Shown one piece after another: positions 10,157 to 18,324 of a stretch of DNA of 64,000 nucleotides. The position numbers and the translations under genes were made by a program. Below the pieces are notes generated by a model. It saw only the letters and a program-made list of their open reading frames with translations, ran no database searches and had not been told where the DNA came from. Origin of the DNA: Waddliaceae bacterium (lineage in GTDB: Bacteria; Chlamydiota; Chlamydiia; Chlamydiales; JABHNK01); contig JABHNK010000053.1 in the NCBI GenBank assembly GCA_018694295.1, positions 833 through 64,832 on the forward strand, in the 5' to 3' direction. Position 1 is the stretch's first letter. Every line of letters starts with the position of its first letter.

Positions 10157-11466
10157 AGATATTGAAATTGTTTAGCGTTGTACTTATTTTCTTAGTAGCA
10201 ACGACAGCGATATACGCCGAGGAAGAAAAGGATATTGTTTCTCTTGACGTTGAGACGGCTATAATTTTTGCGTTAGACGCCAGCGAGGCGTTACGCATAA
10301 AAGATAACGACATCGCCAAGAAAGACTCCCAGCATTCCGAGGCGTGTTCTATGTTGTATCCTAGCGTCGATGGCTCTGTGGCATGGCAGAAGCACTACCT
10401 GTATCCTAACATCTCCTCCACAGCATCAGTAAGAGACTATACTTTCAGCGCTGGCGTCACCGCTACGCAGATAATAACGACGTTTGGGAAGGTGTCAGCG
10501 GCGATAGGCGCTGCGGAGAAAGGCAAAGAGGTGACGGTATTCGTCCGTGAAGGCGTTAAGAACGACATAATATATGCTACGAAGGTAATGTATTTCAATG
10601 CGTACTTCGCGAAGAGGACCCTCGACCTCGTTCAGGAGTCGTACCACCGCGCTTCGCAGAACAATGACATCCTGAAAAAACGCTCCGAGAAAGGCCGCGT
10701 TTCTAAGCATGACAACATAAAGATTATGGCAGACCTCGCAGCACGCGTTCCCGTAGTGAACAACGCCAACGCGGAATTTTCGTCGGCGATGGAGACACTG
10801 AAGACACATCTCGACGTCGGAAAAGGTAGCGAGATGGAGTTCCTCGAAGGATACCGTTATGACAATGGCGACATCGACAAAGAATCCCTGTATAATGCTC
10901 TGGATACGTCATATCCTACGCTTAAAGCTTTGTATGAGACGATTTCGTTGTATGAAGAAGCAGTGAAAGGCAAGGAAGCAGAATACCTTCCTACGGTGTC
11001 GGCGTTTGTCAGCCTGAAGCATGCCGGAAACAGCAGCAAATATTATATCGTAGGAGATATGGGGAACTATGGCGATGTTGGTGTTAGCGTTTCTATACCG
11101 ATATTTTCGGGAGGAAAAAGGAAGCAGCAGCTTTCGCAGGCACGTCTCGACAAAGAGAATGCCGTCCTTTCTGCGCAGAAGATGCGCAAAGACCTTACTC
11201 TTGAGCTTGAAAAGTCTATAATAGAATATGAGGAGCTCCTGAAGAGTATACCTTCTAACGAGCAGGCAGTACACCTCGCAGAAGAGACGTTTATCCTTAG
11301 CCAAGACCTCTTCGCATCAGGGCAGATATCAGTGACAGACCTCAACGACGCCGAGTTTATGCTCACAAACCAGAAATTAAAAAGCGAGATGACGCTATTC
11401 AAAGTCAGCGTCCTACGCGCAAAGATAGAGATGTTTACAGGAGCCGCCGATGATTATATCCGATAA
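10153..11466 (+). CDS. TolC-family outer membrane efflux protein
   Basis: Signal peptide MKILKLFSVVLIFLVATTAIYA. Length and coiled-coil-rich composition fit an outer membrane efflux protein. The ATG overlaps the tetR stop (ATGA). Confidence 0.75.
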   Translation: MKILKLFSVVLIFLVATTAIYAEEEKDIVSLDVETAIIFALDASEALRIKDNDIAKKDSQHSEACSMLYPSVDGSVAWQKHYLYPNISSTASVRDYTFSAGVTATQIITTFGKVSAAIGAAEKGKEVTVFVREGVKNDIIYATKVMYFNAYFAKRTLDLVQESYHRASQNNDILKKRSEKGRVSKHDNIKIMADLAARVPVVNNANAEFSSAMETLKTHLDVGKGSEMEFLEGYRYDNGDIDKESLYNALDTSYPTLKALYETISLYEEAVKGKEAEYLPTVSAFVSLKHAGNSSKYYIVGDMGNYGDVGVSVSIPIFSGGKRKQQLSQARLDKENAVLSAQKMRKDLTLELEKSIIEYEELLKSIPSNEQAVHLAEETFILSQDLFASGQISVTDLNDAEFMLTNQKLKSEMTLFKVSVLRAKIEMFTGAADDYIR

Positions 11467-12115
11467 GAAAAGATTTTTTGTTTACCTCGCCCTAGCAATA
11501 ACGTTCGTTATTCTCGTCATTATAAAGATGCAGACGATAACGACAGGGCGAGAAAAAGAGATAACAAGCTCTTTCGACGAGTGGGAACGCCATGGTAAGC
11601 CCGTCGTCGTTGAAGAAGTCGTTAGGAAAGACACTAATATGTATATGAAGGTAACGGTGACGCCAGATACAGAAGGGACGCTCGTAGGGTATGTTCCCAA
11701 AAGCATGCAGCGTGATATCGTCGCTGGACAGGACGTCTTACTCGAAGGGTCTGTTAAAGGCACCGTCAGCGCCGTCGGCGATGATATCGATATGGATACA
11801 GGGATGTATTCCGTGACGATAACATATGAAGGCGCTAAGAGACTCCCTGGGCGGCGATATATCGCAGATATAACGATAGAAATCCTAGAAGATAGTATAT
11901 GTATCCCCAACGAGGTTACAGAGACGGTAGACGGTAAAGTGCTAGTATGGGTCGTCGATGACGGCATAGCAGAAAGACGTGCTATAACAGTAGGAGGCCG
12001 TAACGGCTACGGCGCAGAAATTCTAGGAGGCCTCGACATCGGAGAATTCCTCGTAGTAGAAGGGTTCTCGAAGCTCGACGATGGTGATAATGTCAATATA
12101 CAACAACAGAGATAG
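11450..12115 (+). CDS. efflux RND periplasmic adaptor (short MFP)
   Basis: N-terminal membrane anchor and beta-rich body. Sits between the TolC-like and RND genes with overlapping ends. Confidence 0.6.
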   Translation: MIISDKKRFFVYLALAITFVILVIIKMQTITTGREKEITSSFDEWERHGKPVVVEEVVRKDTNMYMKVTVTPDTEGTLVGYVPKSMQRDIVAGQDVLLEGSVKGTVSAVGDDIDMDTGMYSVTITYEGAKRLPGRRYIADITIEILEDSICIPNEVTETVDGKVLVWVVDDGIAERRAITVGGRNGYGAEILGGLDIGEFLVVEGFSKLDDGDNVNIQQQR

Positions 12116-12117
12116 CT

Positions 12118-15100
12118 ATGATAAAATTTTTCGTTAAAAACCCTATTACTACGATAATGTTCGTTTCGATATTCATCGTCCTAGGAATCGTAGCAGCATA
12201 TAACTTGCGTATCGAAAGGACGCCGAAGATCGACTTCCCAATAGTGACGGTTTCGGTGATATATCCCGGAGCGACACCGCTGGAGATGGAGACGTCGGTG
12301 ATCAACAAGATAGAAGACGCTATCGCCGAACTCTCAGAGATAAAGAATATACAAAGTCAGTCGCACGATAACTTCGGATATGTCTTTGTTGAGTTCCTGC
12401 TGTCTTCAGATATAAACATTAAGTTCATCGAAGTAAAAGACAAAGTAGAAGCTCTCCTCAACGACCTTCCTACTGAGATGATGAAGCCCGTCATAGAGAA
12501 ATTCGACCCACTCGTTGAGTCTGTGATGGACCTCGTTGTTATGAGCGATACCAGAGACGAAAGGGCTTTGTACGAGTTCGTCGACAAGAAACTTGTCGAC
12601 CAGTTCTCTTCGATAAAAGGCGTAGCAAATATAGGCCTTTACGGCGGAGAAGAAAGGCAGATACACGTAGACCTCGATCCTTTCCTTATGCAGAAGAACT
12701 ATGTCGACATCCGCGACGTCATCGCCAGCGTAAAAGCTAAAAATAAAAATATTCCAGGAGGCCTTCTTGAAAAAGGGGACTATTCCCTAAACCTACGTTT
12801 CATCGGAGAGTTCGAAGATATCACCGAAATTTCCGAGATGCTTATCGTCTCGAGAGACGGCGGCGCCGTAGCACTTAAAGATATAGCAACAGTATATGAC
12901 GGCGCTAAGAAGGTGGCAACACGAGCACGGCATAACGGAGAGAACTCTGTAGGGATGTCTTTGAAGAAAGTCTCCGACGGCAACGCTATAGAGATCGCCA
13001 AAGAAGTTCATAAGAAGCTCGCAAAACTCGAAGGCATCATCCCCGAAGATATAACGATAACAGTGTCGTCAGATACAACGACGTTTATCGTAGAAGAAAC
13101 AACAGATACAGAATGGGCTATCATCCTCGGAATAATTTTGACGATAGTGATACTATATTTCTTCACAGGAAGCGCAATTACGACATTTATCGCCTCGATA
13201 GTTATCCCTATATCAATAGTGTCGGCGATATTCCTCGTAGACGTCTCGGGTTTCACGATAAACTTCCTGACGCTGCTAGCTATAGCGACAGCACTAGGGA
13301 CGCTTATCGCCAACGCCATAGTAATAATAGAAAACTGCTTGAAACACGTACAGAAAGGCGAAGACCCCGTCGATGCCGTAATAGCTGCGACGAAAGAAGT
13401 GTCGGTAGCGATATTCGCCTCTACAGGGACGAACCTCGTCGTCTTCGCGCCAATAGCTTTCATGGGAGGTATCGTCGGACAGTTTATGCGCTCTTTCGGC
13501 CTTACCGTGATATATGTAACGATATTCTCCTTGATAGTGTCTTTTACGCTGACGCCGATGCTGTGTGGACTTCTGCTTCGCAAGAAAACAACGACGAAGA
13601 AAAAACGTTGGAATCCTCTATATCTCTTCGTGAATATCACAGACCGCTGTGTGCAGTGGCTTCAGAAGGAATACCATATCATCTTCAAGGTGATGTTCCG
13701 TTATCATAAGACCGTTGTCGTCGCAGTAGTTTGTATACTCTTATCGATAAAAATCGTAGTACCATATATCGGAAGCGATTTCCAGCCAAGCTCCGACGAA
13801 GATATGATCGTCGTCTCTATAGAGATGCCCCAAGGGTCTACACTAGAACGTACCCTCGATGTAGTTAAAAACGTCGAAGATAAAGTCTCCAAAATCGCAG
13901 AAGTTACATCGTACCTGTCGTATGTCGGTAAAAGCGGCGTCGAGAATGGCGAGGTCGTAGTAAACCTAGAGCCTTCGGAAGAACGTGAAAGAAGCGATAT
14001 GGATGTCATCGATGAACTCGTACCCTTCGTCGCTATGATCCCCGACGCTAATATAGCGATAAAACGTGGGATGTCGTCGATGCATGGCAGCGACGTCTCC
14101 ATCGACATCTACGGCGACGATATCGATGAGCTCCTAGCAAAAAGCGCTATGATGAAAGAATATATGGAAGATAGCGGATTCTTTAGGTCCGTAACATCGT
14201 CGTATAAGACGCCAAAAAACGAGATACGCTTCATCCCAGACCAAAAGCTTCTCCTTGAAAGCGGACTCCGTGGCATTGAAATCGGTAGCGTAATAAGAGC
14301 GTCGATATATGGCGACGATACAAATAGCTACAAAGAAGCTGGCGAAGACTATACTATCAACGTGAAACTCGACGACAGATACCTCGAAGATTTCGACGAC
14401 ATCGAACAGATAACGATAATATCACGGAAAGGCCTGAGCCCTATAACGGAGCTAGGAGACCTTGTAAGGCGTAAGGCGATGCCGATGATACAACACCGCG
14501 AAGGACAGCGTATCATACAGCTAAACGGTGACCTCGCAAAGTCTACAGCAGGATACGTTATGACGGTGCTCGACGAAGAGTTCTCTGCAATGACGTTCGA
14601 CGAAGGATACGGATATCGTTATGTCGGGAACGCTGAAATGCAGGACGAATCGTCAAGAGAGATAACGAAGGCGTTTATCCTCGCCGTCATCATGACGTAT
14701 ATGCTCCTAAGCGCTATAATGAACTCGCTGATATATCCTATCCCTATAGCATTGTCGGTGGCGACGTCGTTCTCAGGGGTTTTCTACGCGCTGTTTTTCA
14801 TGGGAGAGACGATAAATATTGCGTCGATGCTAGGGATGGTGATGCTCGTAGGGCTCGTCGTCAATAACTCCATACTACTACTAGACTATACGCTAATAAA
14901 AATAAAAGAGGGGACTCCCGTCATAGATGCCTTGTGGTATGGCGTAGAACAACGTTTCAAGCCGATAATAATGACGTCGATAGCGATAATACTAGGAGTC
15001 GTCCCACAACTGTGGTCGGTGATGCTCACCAAGTCGTCGATGGCAACAGTGATGATCGGCGGGATGATAGCATCGGTGATATTCACCTTCCTCTTCACAC

Positions 15101-15177
15101 CAATAGCTTTCTGGTACGCATATAGAGTGAAAACATTCTTCATGAAAAAATCAGCCGAGCCGAAATCGGCTGAGTAG
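12118..15177 (+). CDS. RND efflux transporter permease (AcrB/AcrD/AcrF family)
   Basis: 1019 aa. N-terminus MIKFFVKNPITT, 12-TM/2-loop architecture, C-terminal half repeats the N-terminal half. Confidence 0.93.
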   Translation: MIKFFVKNPITTIMFVSIFIVLGIVAAYNLRIERTPKIDFPIVTVSVIYPGATPLEMETSVINKIEDAIAELSEIKNIQSQSHDNFGYVFVEFLLSSDINIKFIEVKDKVEALLNDLPTEMMKPVIEKFDPLVESVMDLVVMSDTRDERALYEFVDKKLVDQFSSIKGVANIGLYGGEERQIHVDLDPFLMQKNYVDIRDVIASVKAKNKNIPGGLLEKGDYSLNLRFIGEFEDITEISEMLIVSRDGGAVALKDIATVYDGAKKVATRARHNGENSVGMSLKKVSDGNAIEIAKEVHKKLAKLEGIIPEDITITVSSDTTTFIVEETTDTEWAIILGIILTIVILYFFTGSAITTFIASIVIPISIVSAIFLVDVSGFTINFLTLLAIATALGTLIANAIVIIENCLKHVQKGEDPVDAVIAATKEVSVAIFASTGTNLVVFAPIAFMGGIVGQFMRSFGLTVIYVTIFSLIVSFTLTPMLCGLLLRKKTTTKKKRWNPLYLFVNITDRCVQWLQKEYHIIFKVMFRYHKTVVVAVVCILLSIKIVVPYIGSDFQPSSDEDMIVVSIEMPQGSTLERTLDVVKNVEDKVSKIAEVTSYLSYVGKSGVENGEVVVNLEPSEERERSDMDVIDELVPFVAMIPDANIAIKRGMSSMHGSDVSIDIYGDDIDELLAKSAMMKEYMEDSGFFRSVTSSYKTPKNEIRFIPDQKLLLESGLRGIEIGSVIRASIYGDDTNSYKEAGEDYTINVKLDDRYLEDFDDIEQITIISRKGLSPITELGDLVRRKAMPMIQHREGQRIIQLNGDLAKSTAGYVMTVLDEEFSAMTFDEGYGYRYVGNAEMQDESSREITKAFILAVIMTYMLLSAIMNSLIYPIPIALSVATSFSGVFYALFFMGETINIASMLGMVMLVGLVVNNSILLLDYTLIKIKEGTPVIDALWYGVEQRFKPIIMTSIAIILGVVPQLWSVMLTKSSMATVMIGGMIASVIFTFLFTPIAFWYAYRVKTFFMKKSAEPKSAE

Positions 15178-15373
15178 TTCGGAATAGGACTTTACCACGG
15201 AGATCACAGAGGAATCACAGAGTTTTCACGGAGAGCGCCCACTGCGCAGAGCGCGCAGCGGACGCACTTCTCATCATTGCCTGCGGCAGGCAATGATGAA
15301 CATAAATATTGTCATGTTCAGGTGATATATTCCCCAAATGTAAAATGTACTAAAATCTATTAAAGTAGTAGAT
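15177..15373 (+). repeat. A-family structured repeat, copy A1 (long form with palindrome tail)
   Basis: GTTCGGAATAGGAC..CACAGAGTTTTCACGGAGAGCGCCCACTGCGCAGAGCGCGCAGCG..TCATCATTGCCTG/cgg/CAGGCAATGATGA..AAATGTAAAATGTACTAAAATCTATTAAAGTAGTAGAT. Abuts the RND gene stop. Confidence 0.85.
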
Positions 15374-15483
15374 TTTTTAGGCGGTATATGTTTTTAAAAA
15401 ATAAAACAGCAATACTATGTAGTCTTTTTTTTATTGCATTAAAACTGGTTATAAGTTATAATATAGGCTTAAATTTAATTTAA

Positions 15484-15870
15484 ATGAGGTTTAGTATGAG
15501 AATTGAAGCATTTAGAGAATCGGTGAAGGATCTTTCTGAAAATAAATTAAGAGATCGCTATCTGAAAATTAAGGAGAGTAAAGAGTTTAGGACTGAATCG
15601 CTTATCGGGCTTGAAGCAGGATTGGCGGTTGTTACCGCGATTGCGTTGAAAAGCTTTGCGGTTTTATCTGGTACTTTTGCGATAGTATGCGCTTTAAATG
15701 TAGGCGTAGTAATCGGCGTTCTTCTCAAAAATCGTGCAGATGCGCGTAAGGAAAAAATAATAGAAGATGTTCTTAAGGACAAAGGAAGGCAGATAGAGTT
15801 CAAATGGGATAGATTTAGAATTTTGTCGGGTTGGTCTTCACAAATTACGGATATACAAGCGCAAGCATAA
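15484..15870 (+). CDS. hypothetical membrane protein, Inc-like (bilobed hydrophobic domain)
   Basis: 128 aa. A hydrophobic stretch of about 45 aa (GLEAGLAVVTAIALKSFAVLSGTFAIVCALNVGVVIGVLL) sits after a polar N-terminus. Confidence 0.5.
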   Translation: MRFSMRIEAFRESVKDLSENKLRDRYLKIKESKEFRTESLIGLEAGLAVVTAIALKSFAVLSGTFAIVCALNVGVVIGVLLKNRADARKEKIIEDVLKDKGRQIEFKWDRFRILSGWSSQITDIQAQA

Positions 15871-15918
15871 TAAAAACATCCTCAAAATCAGTTGGTTATT
15901 AAGACGAACGTTGATCGA

Positions 15919-16041
15919 GGTTCGGAATAGGATTTTACCACAGAGATCACAGAGGAACCACAGAGTTTTCACGGAGAGCGCCCACTGCGCAGAGCGCGCA
16001 GCGGACGCACTTCTCATCATTGTCTGTGGCAGACAATGATG
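15919..16041 (+). repeat. A-family repeat, copy A2 (short form)
   Basis: Same core as A1. The hairpin allele is CATCATTGTCTG/tgg/CAGACAATGATG. Confidence 0.85.
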
Positions 16042-16059
16042 TACTGACCTTGTACTACA

Positions 16060-17418
16060 TCACTTCCATGCTCGAATGATCGCTGATGATTCATGTGGCT
16101 TCATAACATGAGTATTAAATAAATAGTCGATTGTCTTGCGGCTTGTTGTAATGTTTACTTCTGTAACACTCGCTTCCGAAAAACCTAATTTCGTCATAAT
16201 TTCTTTTTTTGTCTTATCATGATCTTGCATAAAGCTAGAATAACGCTCGTCGCCAGAAGGAAGAAGCGGAGGATGTGGCGGGTGTTCTGAGGCTTTTTCT
16301 AGCAAAAACTCTGCTTGTTGCTTGAAAGCATCCTCAAACGCCGATTCTATCTCTTCCCTATGAAGCGTATCAATAACGGTGTCTCCAGGCTCTGCAGGCT
16401 TGTAAAAGTCACAAAATCCCTCGAGAGGGTCTAGCGCCATGCGATACTCTTCTTTATGACCACTAGCGAGTGCCTTTATATTCCGCTGCCTTACGCGTTC
16501 TCCCAAAATATGAAATGGGCAATAGGCCAAGCCTATTTTTAGTGGAGCATAGTTGTTTTTTTCTACCATGCGCGCTAAGAACGCCTCTTCATCATAAGGA
16601 TCAAAAATGACCGACGTCCCTTCTCTTGATTGTTCAATAACAGCCTCATCCATTTTTCTTGTGTACTCTTCTTCACGCTTGATATCATATTTTTCCTTTT
16701 TTGCCGCTTTCAAGGCTTCTTGTGCATCTTTTAGCACTTCTTTTGTAATGTCCGGCTTCCAACGCACTCTATTAGCAAATAGTGCACAAGCAATATCTTG
16801 GTGTTCCATTGCTTGAGCCATACGAGAATATAGTTCTGGAGTCTGATTTCGAACCAAATTAGCATCTCGTGATGCCGGGTCCATCATCGTTTTAAGCTCA
16901 CCGAGAGCTTCTTTAGCGTCCCTTAGCGTCTCTTCCGAAATATCAGGCTTCCAATGCGGTTCAAGGCCTATTCTTATCGCACGGCCAATATCTACAGGCT
17001 CTGTTGCCAAAATTATTTTCGCGTATAGTTCTGGAAACTCTGCTCGCGCTGTTTCCGCGTCTTGTAATGGAAAGTCTATGTCCATGCCAGATTCTTCCCA
17101 TTCAGGAGCTTCCTTCCTTAGCTGGCGTATTATCGATGACTTCCCCGCTGTAGAGTTCCCCAAAAGAACAAATATCTTTCCTTCACTATATTGGCGCAAA
17201 TGTTGAAGGGCGTATTTTTCTGCTTCAAGTGATCGGCGAAGCTGATGGGAAATGATTGCCTGAAAAATGGTGGCAATTTTTTTTACAGGCGCTTGTTGTA
17301 TAATCCTTGGATTATAACGTACTATTTGCTGATCACCCATTTTGCCAGTTTTTGATTGGCGGGATGGTGTCGACCCTGGTCTAGTTATACCTTGTCCTTC
17401 TATTTCTGGTATTGGCAT
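16060..17418 (-). CDS. chloramphenicol-phosphotransferase-like P-loop protein with internal duplication
   Basis: KIFVLLGNSTAGKSSIIRQLRKEAPEW resembles the CPT N-terminus (LNGGSSAGKSGIVRCLQ..PEPW). Walker-B-like VIFDP. GGAGG RBS. Confidence 0.7.
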   Translation of the reverse strand: MPIPEIEGQGITRPGSTPSRQSKTGKMGDQQIVRYNPRIIQQAPVKKIATIFQAIISHQLRRSLEAEKYALQHLRQYSEGKIFVLLGNSTAGKSSIIRQLRKEAPEWEESGMDIDFPLQDAETARAEFPELYAKIILATEPVDIGRAIRIGLEPHWKPDISEETLRDAKEALGELKTMMDPASRDANLVRNQTPELYSRMAQAMEHQDIACALFANRVRWKPDITKEVLKDAQEALKAAKKEKYDIKREEEYTRKMDEAVIEQSREGTSVIFDPYDEEAFLARMVEKNNYAPLKIGLAYCPFHILGERVRQRNIKALASGHKEEYRMALDPLEGFCDFYKPAEPGDTVIDTLHREEIESAFEDAFKQQAEFLLEKASEHPPHPPLLPSGDERYSSFMQDHDKTKKEIMTKLGFSEASVTEVNITTSRKTIDYLFNTHVMKPHESSAIIRAWK

Positions 17419-17497
17419 TGCTTAACCTCCACTTATATAAATGCGCTTATCGTATATAATCGTGATTTTAAAGAGAAAGTCAAGTGAAGTTTATTAA

Positions 17498-17684
17498 GAG
17501 TTCGGAGCTCGGAATAGGATTTTACCACGGAGATCGCAGAGGACGCACAGAGTTTTTCACAGAGAGCGCCCACTGCGCAGAGCGCGCAGCGGGCACACTT
17601 CTCATCATTGCCTGTGGCAGGCAATGATGAATATAGATATTCCCCAAATGTCAAAATGTACTAAAATCTACTAAATTAGTAGAT
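17498..17684 (+). repeat. A-family repeat, copy A3 (long form with palindrome tail)
   Basis: Core as in A1. The tail ends in the perfect 19-bp palindrome ATCTACTAAATTAGTAGAT (17666..17684). Confidence 0.85.
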
Positions 17685-17726
17685 AATTGGGCGAAAATGC
17701 CCGCTTTTCATGCGAAATTCTTCGTA

Positions 17727-17767
17727 AAATGTGTCAAAACCTACTAATTTTAGTAAAATTAGTAGAT
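17727..17767 (+). repeat. 40-bp AAATGT(G)TCAAAA..TTAGTAGAT repeat (D3)
   Basis: Direct repeat of 17646..17684 and 18087..18125. Contains the palindrome TACTAATTTTAGTA and the half-site TTAGTAGAT. Confidence 0.7.
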
Positions 17768-17775
17768 TCTTTGAT

Positions 17776-18087
17776 ATGGTCAACATAAAGGTAATCACCG
17801 AGGCGATACAAGAGCTTAAAGATCAAATTCGTGAAGAGGCAGAAAAAAGCAAAAAATTTCGGCAAGGGCTGATGACCTTTGATCCCGAGTTGAATATTCG
17901 TCAATCGGCGTTACTTTTTCATGCTATGAAGCATCCTTCTGAGGTTTTTTCTATAAAGGCTCACCAGACGACAAATCATATATCTTATCAGACGGCAAGG
18001 ACAGACCTTCTAGAGCTGGCAGATAAGGGATATCTGAAACAAATCAAAAAAGGAAAAACCTTTTATTTCATATCTGCCGATAATTGA
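17776..18087 (+). CDS. Fic-family C-terminal winged-helix fragment (stand-alone wHTH or gene remnant)
   Basis: The NIRQSALLFHAMKH..ISYQTARTDLLELADKGYLKQIKKGKTFYF pattern is typical of the C-terminal DNA-binding-like domain of long Fic proteins. There is no Fic core. The GTG at 17731 lies inside a repeat, so I prefer the ATG at 17776. Confidence 0.5.
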   Translation: MVNIKVITEAIQELKDQIREEAEKSKKFRQGLMTFDPELNIRQSALLFHAMKHPSEVFSIKAHQTTNHISYQTARTDLLELADKGYLKQIKKGKTFYFISADN

Positions 18088-18125
18088 AATGTCAAAATCT
18101 ACTAAAAGCTACTAAATTAGTAGAT
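18087..18125 (+). repeat. 40-bp palindrome-bearing repeat (D4)
   Basis: AAATGTCAAAATCTACTAAAAGCTACTAAATTAGTAGAT. Its first base (18087) is the last base of the wHTH ORF stop codon. Lies 200 bp upstream of rhs. Confidence 0.7.
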
Positions 18126-18324
18126 AAATCGTCGCGGATATATGGTGACAAGACGACGAAATAAAAAGTAACATGTTTCATATTAAAAAAGAGTAATAAA
18201 ATTTTTATTACGCTCTTGAGTGCTTCTGAGCCGTTTTTTAAAAATATCGATCGACACTTTTTCCTTTATCATAATGTGATTAATAGCATAATCTCTGCTT
18301 CGCACAAAATAATCGGAGCTTGCT

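Noticed and set aside
17731-17775. GTG start at 17731 for the wHTH ORF
   Set aside because: The first 15 codons lie entirely inside the 40-bp D3 repeat. The ATG at 17776, just after the repeat, is the more credible start.
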